In this document: positions 27,459 through 35,857 of the stretch, one piece after another | How the letters are laid out: the number at the start of each line of letters is the position of its first letter | How positions within the stretch are numbered: the first letter of the stretch is position 1 | Made by a program: the position numbers and the translations under genes | Assembly: GCA_034722435.1 (NCBI GenBank) | Contig: JAYENX010000023.1 | Span: 6,053-41,909, forward strand | Length of the DNA stretch: 35,857 nt | Origin: Nanobdellota archaeon | GTDB taxonomy: Archaea; Nanobdellota; Nanobdellia; Woesearchaeales; JAHWHD01 | Reading direction: 5' to 3' | The notes under the pieces: generated by a model | Told to the model about the DNA's origin: nothing | Databases searched by the model: none | Seen by the model: only the letters and a program-made list of their open reading frames with translations

Positions 27459-28130
27459 TTATAAATTTAATGCCTTTTTACGTTGTTCAAGAGTAGATTT
27501 AGGGATACAAAATCCCTTTTGCTTCCAGTACAAGTATTTAGTTTTATGTACAGGATTATTCATATTAACTAATTGCATCCATTTATCTAAGTTTTTAGAA
27601 CCTGAAATATGATAATAATGAAGTCCCCTTTTATCTATCCAACTAGAAAAATTGAAACCTAATGAGATAATCAAATCTTTAAGTTTAATCGAAAGAGGGC
27701 TATGCTTGAAACAAAATTGAATTCGGGGATAATGGTTAACTAACTTAGATTGTTTTTGAAACTTTAAAGAACCATCCGTATCGAATAAACCTCTTAAAAA
27801 ATGAGGTATAAGACAATCATTTTTTAAAATTAAATTAGGTACTCCAACTCCGAGTTTGTTTCCTTGTTTTAATCCCAACTTCAATAAAAATTTTACAGCA
27901 ATTTTATTATTTAATTCGATATAAATAGCATTTCTATCATTTCGAAATTTTATTTTCAAAGATTTATTAAATATTTTAGAAAAAAGAGGAAGCACTCGGT
28001 TTTCATAATATGAATAATCCTCTAAACTACCAACAATAGTTATTCTATACTCAGATTTATGTAAATTTCCATCACCCAGTATAATTCCAAGAAGTTCAGC
28101 AAGTTTATAATTATTTGAGGAATTATTCAT
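27459..28130 (-). CDS. Free-standing two-motif LAGLIDADG endonuclease-like protein
   Basis: LAELLGIILGDGNL and FLRGLFDTDGSL motifs; ATG at 28130 with GGGTG SD (GTG at 28142 is an alternative start). Confidence 0.9.
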   Translation of the reverse strand: MNNSSNNYKLAELLGIILGDGNLHKSEYRITIVGSLEDYSYYENRVLPLFSKIFNKSLKIKFRNDRNAIYIELNNKIAVKFLLKLGLKQGNKLGVGVPNLILKNDCLIPHFLRGLFDTDGSLKFQKQSKLVNHYPRIQFCFKHSPLSIKLKDLIISLGFNFSSWIDKRGLHYYHISGSKNLDKWMQLVNMNNPVHKTKYLYWKQKGFCIPKSTLEQRKKALNL

Positions 28131-28173
28131 TTTAAAATTCACCCTATCTTGATTTAAATTTATAATTCAAGCA

Positions 28174-28205
28174 TTTATAAACTATTACCGGATTTGTCCA
28201 GTGTC
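28174..28205 (-). promoter_or_regulatory. Upstream motif + BRE/TATA of the LAGLIDADG gene
   Basis: Minus strand gacactggacaaatccggtaatagtttataaa, 28/32 identical to 4463-4494. Confidence 0.7.
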
Positions 28206-28270
28206 CAGTGGATCAATATAATAATAAGAGAAAAAATCATAAAAATTATTCTTCAACTTTAACTTCTTCT

Positions 28271-29035
28271 CTAAACCTTAAAAATCTCAAGAACTTCTTC
28301 CTCGATAAAATGTAATTTACCAGGGATGATTAAAGAATGAAGAGGTTCACCAAAATCTTCTCCAATAAGTTTAGAGATTCGTCCGAATTTTATAATAGGA
28401 TTTTCAGAACCTATCCTTGCACAACCTATAACCAAAGTATCTTCAGTTATAATTTTGTCCTGGCGGTTATATTCTATGTTAAGGAGATTACGTAATGCTT
28501 CGTTAATAGTCATGAAACGATTTTCATGAGTCTTTATATCGAGAAGGCATAAAGTGTGAAGATCGTGTTTCATATTTTTCTTTATAACATCGTAAGGAGT
28601 TTGAGGTTCGTAACCAGGCTCTGTAAAAACTACTGAAGTTGTCTTACCAAACTTATAAAGTTCAAGACCTGTTACAGAAATAGCGTTCATAATGGAAGCG
28701 TTGTGAATAAATTTAGTAGAAATACCAAGTTTATGGGCTCTTAACCTTAAATCAGTATGAGTCGTAGCTCCAAATATGTCACCTATAACTAAAAAAGCAG
28801 TTTTCTTTTCTTTTGCATCTTTAAGAATAGTATCTTCAGGACGATTTTCTACTAAGTCACGGTCTGCAAGGATTACTTTTTTGCCATACAATTCTTCTAA
28901 AGCTTTAACATCGCAGTTAAGTTTAGATGTGTAACTCTCTAAGTAAATTGCATCACAATTTTTTAAAATTTCCTGACCTTTCAGGGTTATGTCTTTCTCG
29001 TCGTTGAGACCTATTCCGATGAAGTATAATGTCAT
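28271..29035 (-). CDS. dph5: Diphthine synthase
   Basis: MTLYFIGIGL..EKDITLKG, YLESYTS, FLVIGD.FGATTH.DL, GLELYKFGKTTS, HTLCLLDIK, PLHSLIIPGKLHFIEEE. Confidence 0.95.
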   Translation of the reverse strand: MTLYFIGIGLNDEKDITLKGQEILKNCDAIYLESYTSKLNCDVKALEELYGKKVILADRDLVENRPEDTILKDAKEKKTAFLVIGDIFGATTHTDLRLRAHKLGISTKFIHNASIMNAISVTGLELYKFGKTTSVVFTEPGYEPQTPYDVIKKNMKHDLHTLCLLDIKTHENRFMTINEALRNLLNIEYNRQDKIITEDTLVIGCARIGSENPIIKFGRISKLIGEDFGEPLHSLIIPGKLHFIEEEVLEIFKV

Positions 29036-29184
29036 AATGTTTATTTTTAGAAGGGCGTTTATATAATTAATTGAACAATATATGAAAATAACAAGTTTAG
29101 TACTGAATGATAACTAAAAAAGTACAGATTAAAAAGAAAGGTTTGTCGTCTATAAAATAAGATTTGAAGAGCAAAAACACTAAT

Positions 29185-29298
29185 CGAAAGATTTAAATAG
29201 TAGTTTTGATATAAATAAGAATTAAATTAAAGGATTTTTTGGCGAAAATCCAGAGATGTTTTTTATTGGCGATTTGTGTTACGAATTTTGGCGAATTC
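29185..29298 (+). promoter_or_regulatory. ftsZ promoter and leader with repeated TTGGCG elements
   Basis: cgaaag-atttaaata BRE/TATA at 29185-29199; TTGGCGA at 29239, 29266 and 29288, two of them in hairpin loops. Confidence 0.55.
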
Positions 29299-29417
29299 TA
29301 AGTAGAGTATAATTCAAGATATATTTAAAGATTACTATACTCGAAGATATAGTTTCAAAACTATAAGTTGAGGGACTTAATTTAAACAAAAAACTACCGA
29401 GAGGGGGGATTAAAAAA

Positions 29418-30482
29418 ATGGATTTTATCGTGGAAAACGCAATGAAAAATCAGCCTACAATGGATATGCAGGTTGGACAAGCAAATATTAAAGTTATTGG
29501 TGTCGGTGGCGCAGGTAACAATATGGTTGGATGGTTATATAGAAAAGGGATTTCAGGTGCTGAAATTATCGCATGTAACACAGACCAGCAGCACTTAAAC
29601 ATAACAGATGCTGACAGAAAATTTTTGATAGGAACAGACACTACAAGAGGTCTAGGTTGTGGTGGATTTCCTGAGAAAGGAGCAGAGTCAGCTCAAGAGA
29701 GTTTAGCAGAAGTTAAAGATACATTAAAAGGATCAGACATGGTATTCATCTGCGCAGGAATGGGTGGAGGAACAGGAACAGGAGCTGCACCAGTTGTTGC
29801 TCAAGTTGCTAAAGATACTGGAGCGATTGTAATCGGAACAGTAACAATGCCATTCAAGATTGAGAGAGCTAGAGTTGACAAAGCTGAATTTGGTTTACAA
29901 CAATTAAGACAAGTTTCTGATACAGTAATTGTAATAGACAACAATAGACTTGTACAAATTGCAGGTAACTTACCAATCCAACAAGCATTTGCAGTGGCTA
30001 ATGAACTGATTTCAACAATGATTAAAGGAATTGTAGAGATTATCGCAGTACCTTCACTTGTTAATCTGGACTATGCTGACGTAAAAGCTATTATGTCAAG
30101 AGGCGGAGTTTCAAGTATCGGTGTAGGAAGCTCAGACACAAACAGCAGAGTTGAAGAAGCTGTAAGAGGTGCTTTAACTAACCCTCTTCTAGATATCAAC
30201 TACGAAGGGTCAACAGGCGCACTTATCCATATAAGCGGTGGACCTGACATGACACTTGACGAAGTTGCTAGAGCAGGTGAACTAGTTACAGAGAGCCTTG
30301 ATGATGATGCAAATGTTATATGGGGAGCTAGAGTTGATGAAAACCTAAAAGGAAAGCTAACCGTAATGACTATCATCACAGGTGTAAAGTCTCCATGGAT
30401 ACTGGGGAAGATTGACCAGAAAAGAGCTACACAGGAAGCTGAAGCTCTGAGCCAGGAACTAGGCATCGAGATAGTAAGGTAA
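29418..30482 (+). CDS. ftsZ: Cell division protein FtsZ
   Basis: IKVIGVGGAGNN, AGMGGGTGTGAAP, IVIDNNRL, VNLDYADVK, VIWGARVD. Confidence 0.98.
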   Translation: MDFIVENAMKNQPTMDMQVGQANIKVIGVGGAGNNMVGWLYRKGISGAEIIACNTDQQHLNITDADRKFLIGTDTTRGLGCGGFPEKGAESAQESLAEVKDTLKGSDMVFICAGMGGGTGTGAAPVVAQVAKDTGAIVIGTVTMPFKIERARVDKAEFGLQQLRQVSDTVIVIDNNRLVQIAGNLPIQQAFAVANELISTMIKGIVEIIAVPSLVNLDYADVKAIMSRGGVSSIGVGSSDTNSRVEEAVRGALTNPLLDINYEGSTGALIHISGGPDMTLDEVARAGELVTESLDDDANVIWGARVDENLKGKLTVMTIITGVKSPWILGKIDQKRATQEAEALSQELGIEIVR

Positions 30483-30491
30483 AAGTTCATA

Positions 30492-30545
30492 AAAGTTCTT
30501 TGCCCTTACTTCTACAACCACCCCCAATGGAAGGCAGGGAACTTT
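30492..30545 (+). other. Stem-loop in the ftsZ 3' UTR carrying the C-rich loop motif
   Basis: 15-bp stem aaagttctttgcc(c)tt / aaggcagggaacttt enclosing acttctacaaccacccccaatgg. Confidence 0.65.
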
Positions 30546-30549
30546 CATG

Positions 30550-30580
30550 CTCCAGCCTAGCTGGAGTTTTTTTCTTTTTT
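30550..30580 (+). terminator. Hairpin + oligo-T terminator of ftsZ
   Basis: ctccag-cctag-ctggag followed by a long T-rich tract. Confidence 0.7.
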
Positions 30581-30678
30581 TTATTATTTAATTTAGAATT
30601 CTATATTGTTTCTAGATAATAATTTTATTTATGTAATTCTAAAACATATCTCTGCAAATTATTACTTAAAAATAGCAA

Positions 30679-31353
30679 TTATTTCTTTTTCTTAATCTCT
30701 TTAACCTTCTCAACAACCTTTTCACTTAGCTTTTTAGCACCTTTCTTGACTGCTTTTAAGGTGTTTTTTACTGTTTTCTCGACCCTTACAGATGACCAAC
30801 CAGTGAATTCAGAAAGATCTTCATATTTATTATCGTACCTGTCAATACCTAAAACATCCTGTAACCTGTACTTAGGAAGTTTAGAAGGGGTCTCGTCAGG
30901 GTAACCTATAGGTATGATGACTTGGGGCCTTATACTTCCAGGTATACCGAGAGTTGACTTTACTGCGTCTTCATCAAAAGCGCCAACCCAGCAAGTAGCA
31001 AGACCAACATCGCAAGCAGCTAACATTATAACCATTGCAGCAGCTGCAGAATTTTGGATTGAATAAAGACGTTCACCTCTTATACCATAGAACTTTTTTG
31101 CTTTATCAGGTTCTGAACATACAACTATAATTGCGGGCGCAGTGGACATCCATGCCTGGCTTGCACAAGCACCGCAAAGTTTCTTGATTTTACCTTTATC
31201 AAAAACAACTATAAATTTATTATTTTGTAAATTACCAGAAGTCGGAGTGTAACGAGCTGCATCAATTATCTTAGTCACGACATCCCAATCTAAAGGTATA
31301 TCCATGAATTTTCTAACAGAACGTCTCTTTTTAATGCAGTCAGTAGTTTCCAT
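30679..31353 (-). CDS. Nitroreductase family protein
   Basis: IKKRRSVRKF, ARYTPTSGNLQ, SIQNSAAA, GLATCWVGAF, IPIGYP. Confidence 0.93.
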   Translation of the reverse strand: METTDCIKKRRSVRKFMDIPLDWDVVTKIIDAARYTPTSGNLQNNKFIVVFDKGKIKKLCGACASQAWMSTAPAIIVVCSEPDKAKKFYGIRGERLYSIQNSAAAAMVIMLAACDVGLATCWVGAFDEDAVKSTLGIPGSIRPQVIIPIGYPDETPSKLPKYRLQDVLGIDRYDNKYEDLSEFTGWSSVRVEKTVKNTLKAVKKGAKKLSEKVVEKVKEIKKKK

Positions 31354-31390
31354 ATTAAAATATAAAAAGAAAAATGGTATTTAAATGTTT

Positions 31391-32623
31391 TTATTCATTA
31401 AGCTTAGCAAAGCCCGTATCTTTCTTATATGTAGAAAACATCTTTGCAGGACCTATCAATCCAGTGACTGCGAAAGCAACTGCATAATTGATAATAGCTT
31501 CAACAGGGTTATTGTAACCGAAAGTATCAAACTCGCCAGGTCTTTCAAAAAACATTTTATCGTAATTAAAACAATGGTCAGCAACAGTTCCCCAGATATT
31601 TAACAAAGATGCGTGATCACCAGAAGGTTTTGTATCGCCATTTATCAAAGCTTCAATAATGAGCTGTTTTGCTTCTTCAGGTTTATCAAAGTGAAGGTCT
31701 TGACCAGTGTAAACATTTGTGAATGCACGAGCAACACTCCCATTGTGAGAGTCCGAACCTGCAATCATGTTTTTCTTATTTTTTACTGCATAATCTTCAA
31801 CTAATTTATTCTGGCGTTCAATACAGTTACCGTTCCTTACTTCAAGTATAGGTGCAGCATCGACAACCTGTTTAAGTTGTGCTAATGATAGACCAGAGTC
31901 TTGGTACCAGTGCGTAAGAGCTGGATGGTTCAAAGCAGCAGCCAGTTTATTCTGTTCTGCGTACTTGAAAACTTCGAAAACATTATTTCTTAATTGCATA
32001 AGCTTTGCGTAATGTGCCTGGAACTGTTCAGGGTTTGCTCCAAGAACACCTACATGAAATTCAACATTTTGAACACCAGGAAAATGTACACTTAGTTCAA
32101 CACCTGGAAGAACTCTAGGATTTTTTGCAGCTTCAATTGAATATTTATCGTGATTTGTTAAAGCAATAAAATCTATACCTGACTTATCAGCAGATCTAAG
32201 TAGCTCAGGAACGTCATGGTTAAGATTGTAACCGAAACCTGTTTTACCTTCTGCAATCTCAACTTGTTTTTGTTTTTCACCTTCAATTCTATCTGCAAGA
32301 ATTTTAAGAAATTCGCCTTCAAAACGTCCAACATTGTTAACGAGAGCTTCAAGAGGTTTTATTCTTTGTTTACCATTATCGCTTGGAAAAATTTTCTTTA
32401 ACCTTTGCATAGCTTCATCAGGAGAAATTGATGAAGACTCACGAATAAGAGAACGCATCGCATTTTCATATCTTCCAGAGAAGAACGAAGCAACTTTTTT
32501 GTATATATCTGTTAACATCCCCAGGTCTCTGCCTGGTTTCATTAAGTATTCAGTACTAAATTTTTCAGAACCGCCTTTTTTTGGTTCACCATGAATGTGT
32601 GGATCTAGAGTTATTAGAGTCAT
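31391..32623 (-). CDS. PHP-family phosphoesterase with N-terminal insertion
   Basis: LDPHIH ... IDFIALTNHD, PGVELSV, FHVGVLG, LNHP, EVRNG, AGSDSH. Confidence 0.85.
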   Translation of the reverse strand: MTLITLDPHIHGEPKKGGSEKFSTEYLMKPGRDLGMLTDIYKKVASFFSGRYENAMRSLIRESSSISPDEAMQRLKKIFPSDNGKQRIKPLEALVNNVGRFEGEFLKILADRIEGEKQKQVEIAEGKTGFGYNLNHDVPELLRSADKSGIDFIALTNHDKYSIEAAKNPRVLPGVELSVHFPGVQNVEFHVGVLGANPEQFQAHYAKLMQLRNNVFEVFKYAEQNKLAAALNHPALTHWYQDSGLSLAQLKQVVDAAPILEVRNGNCIERQNKLVEDYAVKNKKNMIAGSDSHNGSVARAFTNVYTGQDLHFDKPEEAKQLIIEALINGDTKPSGDHASLLNIWGTVADHCFNYDKMFFERPGEFDTFGYNNPVEAIINYAVAFAVTGLIGPAKMFSTYKKDTGFAKLNE

Positions 32624-32651
32624 TTTATTATAACTTAGTCGTACTAGTATT

Positions 32652-32689
32652 TAAATGTTTCGTTTTTGTAGTCACTTAATAGTAACTAC
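32652..32689 (-). promoter_or_regulatory. PHP gene promoter with palindromic operator GTAGTCAC-N6-GTAACTAC
   Basis: 31/32 identical to 11037-11068; same spacing to the TATA (32648-32655). Confidence 0.75.
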
Positions 32690-32812
32690 AATTAAACAAC
32701 TTCAGAAAGCAAGTATAATAAGTAATAATATGTACAAACAACTTATAAGTCATATAAATATCTATAGTTTAGACAATAAAGTTATTTAAACTATCTCCAT
32801 TTTTGTATTTAT

Positions 32813-33439
32813 ATGAAGAATTTAGGATGGAACATTGACGCTTTTCTTTATGATATATTCTTGGGAAGGGTTGATAAAAAACTGTACAAGGATGTTCTTT
32901 TAGTTCTTGGTAAAGTTAAGAAAGGTGTTAAGATTGATGAGTTCGGGTGCGGTACTGGAGAGTTGACCAGAAGATTACCAAAAAGTGCCAAGATAAGAGC
33001 TGTTGATTATTCTCCTAATGCTTTGAAAAAAGTTGAACAAAAGACTCAGAAAAATGTTAAAGTATTCTGTTTAGATTTCTATAAAAAACAACCAAAAGGT
33101 AGGCCAGATATACTTATAGCGTGTAGAAGTCTGTACCATAAAGATGTTGAGAAAAGTATGAAGATGCTTTCAAAACATATTGGGAAAGGAACCGTCATAA
33201 TCGCGCATCCGCAACCGAGCTGGTGGAAATATGTTTTTCCTAAAACTAAAGGGTTCAGGTTACCGAGCTTTATCCAGTTAGTAAAATCGTATGGCAGGTT
33301 TGCGAACATGACAGGCCAAGCACCATACGCGTTATTCTCAAGTAAGAAATGGTTGAAAGTAGCTAAAAAGTATTTTAAGAATGTCAAACTTTATAGAGCT
33401 GCACACGACACACATTATATTCTTAAACTTAGCAAGTAA
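32813..33439 (+). CDS. Class I SAM-dependent methyltransferase
   Basis: IDEFGCGTGELT motif I, AVDYSPNAL, CLDF, DILIACRSLYH. Confidence 0.85.
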   Translation: MKNLGWNIDAFLYDIFLGRVDKKLYKDVLLVLGKVKKGVKIDEFGCGTGELTRRLPKSAKIRAVDYSPNALKKVEQKTQKNVKVFCLDFYKKQPKGRPDILIACRSLYHKDVEKSMKMLSKHIGKGTVIIAHPQPSWWKYVFPKTKGFRLPSFIQLVKSYGRFANMTGQAPYALFSSKKWLKVAKKYFKNVKLYRAAHDTHYILKLSK

Positions 33440-33471
33440 ATTTTATATATTATGTAAGGATTGTTTTTTTC

Positions 33472-33939
33472 ATGGTTGTAAGAGATTATAAAGATGAAGA
33501 TTTTGAAGCAGTAAAACATTTTCTTGAAAAAATCGTTGCCGAAAGTGATTCTGTAAAAATTAGGAATGAATTTGATAAAATTAAAACTTGCAGAGATTCT
33601 ATGATACTTGTAAACTTTGAAGGGGGCACAATAACAGGGCTTGTGACAGGGCATGAATTACAATCTTATCTTAAAGAGCTCGGTTCATCAAAAATTGTTC
33701 GAATAGGCGATTATTATCTTAGATAGGTACTAGCTTACAGCGGTATGGCTTATACATTAGTAGATGAACTTATTAAAAGGTCAAGACACGATTATAACTA
33801 TACAAAAATATTCGCTACAAGTAATGTGAGAAACTGTGAACTGTTAGAAGAGTTAGGGTTTGAGATGATTGGTGAAAGAAAGCCTGTTAACATGGTCATG
33901 GATTTAGGAGAGTTAGCATATTGTTCAGAGATAATCTAG
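33472..33939 (+). pseudogene. GNAT acetyltransferase-like gene interrupted by an in-frame TAG
   Basis: ORFs 33472-33726 and 33745-33939 share one frame separated only by TAG (33724-33726). Read through, it gives IGDYYLR*VLAYSGMAYTLVDELIKR, like GNAT motif A, then N...L.EELGF (motif B). Confidence 0.65.
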
Positions 33940-33942
33940 TAG

Positions 33943-34056
33943 AAAATCTCTCGTTCGCCTGCTCGAATAGTACATGAATTGACAATAAATAATCTCGCAC
34001 CAATACCGTCTGACAAATAGTGTCTTGGGTCACTGGCCAAATATAGGCGAGATTTT
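33943..34056. other. About 114-nt intergenic element with terminal inverted repeat
   Basis: aaaatctc (33943-33950) / gagatttt (34049-34056); ctggccaaatatagg at 34033-34047. Confidence 0.4.
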
Positions 34057-34112
34057 ATACTAAACCCTCAGAACGATAAGTATTAAATATAATCAATGAA
34101 TTTTCTAGTAAC

Positions 34113-35857
34113 ATGAAATATATTAAACTGGTTGAACTGTTCCAAGAACTTGAAAGTACTTCTAAAAGGTTGCAAAAGACTGATTATATCTCAAAATTTA
34201 TCAAAGATGTTGATGAGCTTGAAGAGGTCGTTCTTTTATTACAGGGTAGAGTTTTTCCGTTATGGGACAGAAGAAAGATAGGGGTAGCTGCAAGGATGAT
34301 ATTGAAAGCTATCAATATCGCAACAGGGTTTGATTTTTCTAAAGTTGAAGATGAATGGAAACGTACGGGAGATCTTGGAAAGACTGCACAGAATCTGGTT
34401 GCAAATAAGAAGCAAGCCACTTTATTTTCTACAGATTTAACAGTGAAAAAGGTGTTTTCTAATCTTAAAAAACTTGCAGGGATTGAAGGCTTAGGCACAG
34501 TAGATGTCAAAGTAAAGTTAATATCTGAACTTCTTACATCTGCTAAACCGCTTGAAGCAAGGTATATAGTAAGGACGTTAGTCGAAGAGTTAAGGGTTGG
34601 AGCGGGCGAAGGAGTGTTACGCGATTCAATCATTTGGGCGTACCTTGTAGGGTTTATTGAATATGATAAAAAGAAAAATTCTATAGTGCTAGACGAAGGT
34701 CAGAGAGAGCAATATAATGAGTACCTTACAATAACGCAGGAAGCTTTTGATATTACAAATGATTTTGCGACTGTGGCAGCTATAGCGAAAAAGGATAGAG
34801 TTGATGGACTTAAAAGAGTGTCCCTGGCTCCAGGTAGACCTATAAAAGTTATGCTGGGTCCGAAAGTAAAAAGTTTCAAGGAAGCTTTCAAAAGATTTGA
34901 CAAGCTCGAGATTGAAGAAAAACTTGACGGGTTCAGGATGCAGATACATAAATATGAAGGTAAAGTTAAAATATTTACGCGGCGTATGGAAGAAGTTACA
35001 TCACAATTCCCTGAAGTTATTAAAGCTGTAAACGAAAATGTGACAGGAGATACGTTCATCATCGATGGAGAGGCGATAGGTTTTGATAAAGTTACAGGAA
35101 AATATACGCCGTTCCAAAAAATTTCGCAGAGAATAAAACGAAAACATGATATATACCAGATAGCTAAAGAGCTTCCTGTTGAGTTGGTAGTGTTCGATGT
35201 ACTTTATTATGGTAACGTATCAATGTTAAAAATGCCGTTTATTGAAAGGAGAGAGTTCTTGAAAAATATTGTTAAAGAGCAAGATAAAAAATTGAAAATT
35301 GTTAAGAACTTGGTTACTGATAAAGAAGAAGAAGCTTTAATGTTTTATAATAAATGTTTAATCAATGGTTTAGAAGGAGTAATGATTAAAGGTTTGGATA
35401 CAATATATCGACCAGGGAAAAGAGTAGATGGTTGGATGAAACTGAAACCGACAATGCAAGAGCTTGACCTCGTGATAGTGGCTGCTGAGTTTGGGCATGG
35501 AAAACGTTCAGAATGGTTCTCATCTTTCACCTTAGCATGTAAAGATGATGATACTGGTTCGTTTATGGAAATTGGTAAAGTCGGGACGGGGTTTAAAGAG
35601 AAAGCGTCAGAAGGTTTAACATTCGAAGAGTTAACCAATTTATTAAAACCTCTTATTGTTTCAGAAAGTTCAACAGGGGTAAAAGTGAAACCTTCAATAG
35701 TAGTAGAAGTTTTATATGAAGAGATTCAGAAAAGTCCGAGCTACGGATCAGGTTATGCGTTACGGTTCCCTAGAGTAAGCAGGTTAAGAGAGGATAGAGG
35801 GGCTGATGATTGTTCAACTCTAGAATTTGTTCAAGGACTTTTTAGTGAGCAAAGTAA
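34113..35857 (+). CDS. lig: ATP-dependent DNA ligase (runs off the window end; missing from the ORF track)
   Basis: Manual translation: MKYIKLVELFQELESTSKRL..., EEKLDGFRMQIHK (motif I), IIDGEAI, VVFDVL, EGVMIK, WMKLKP, LRFPRV..LREDR; no in-frame stop before base 35857. Confidence 0.95.
   Translation, partial: MKYIKLVELFQELESTSKRLQKTDYISKFIKDVDELEEVVLLLQGRVFPLWDRRKIGVAARMILKAINIATGFDFSKVEDEWKRTGDLGKTAQNLVANKKQATLFSTDLTVKKVFSNLKKLAGIEGLGTVDVKVKLISELLTSAKPLEARYIVRTLVEELRVGAGEGVLRDSIIWAYLVGFIEYDKKKNSIVLDEGQREQYNEYLTITQEAFDITNDFATVAAIAKKDRVDGLKRVSLAPGRPIKVMLGPKVKSFKEAFKRFDKLEIEEKLDGFRMQIHKYEGKVKIFTRRMEEVTSQFPEVIKAVNENVTGDTFIIDGEAIGFDKVTGKYTPFQKISQRIKRKHDIYQIAKELPVELVVFDVLYYGNVSMLKMPFIERREFLKNIVKEQDKKLKIVKNLVTDKEEEALMFYNKCLINGLEGVMIKGLDTIYRPGKRVDGWMKLKPTMQELDLVIVAAEFGHGKRSEWFSSFTLACKDDDTGSFMEIGKVGTGFKEKASEGLTFEELTNLLKPLIVSESSTGVKVKPSIVVEVLYEEIQKSPSYGSGYALRFPRVSRLREDRGADDCSTLEFVQGLFSEQS

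Noticed and set aside
33724-33726. Genome-wide TAG reassignment
   Set aside because: Only one in-frame TAG in a recognisable gene; all conserved genes read normally in code 11 and TAG appears to end other ORFs.
917-35638. Numerous short overlapping or antisense ORFs in the track (e.g. 917-1102, 2607-3044, 7806-8090, 17384-17695, 21160-21375, 25701-25994, 34184-34633, 34700-35062, 35345-35638)
   Set aside because: They are shadow frames of well-supported genes on the opposite or same strand, with Ser/Phe/Ile-biased composition and no motifs.
35855-35857. Terminal TAA as the ligase stop codon
   Set aside because: It is out of frame with the ATG at 34113; the ORF continues past the window end.

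Overview
AT-rich archaeal genomic DNA read with genetic code 11. The gene set (short-form AlaRS, archaeal uS15, TFB, Dph5, Nre, XPD/Rad3, FtsZ, ATP-dependent ligase, many small orphans) suggests a DPANN archaeon, probably Woesearchaeota-like; this taxonomy is inferred. Most of the window is housekeeping genes mixed with accessory genes, and no CRISPR array, integrase, transposase or reverse transcriptase was seen. The most interesting signals are non-coding. (1) A tRNA-Gln(UUG) split by three BHB-type introns at 10/11, 37/38 and 59/60, flanked by a LAGLIDADG gene and a PD-(D/E)XK-like gene. (2) A promoter-driven, ORF-less, structured region at about 6170-6336 (minus strand) whose C-rich loop motif recurs in a stem-loop in the ftsZ 3' UTR. 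(3) A palindromic operator shared by a TFB paralogue, a PHP gene and a secreted-protein/PHP/nucleotidyltransferase cluster, with a divergent wHTH gene as candidate regulator. (4) A second shared upstream motif on the Bro-N and LAGLIDADG genes. (5) Duplicated gene 3' ends, an apparent ATA start for uS15, and an amber-interrupted GNAT gene. All product calls come from motif recognition by eye; no database searches were run.
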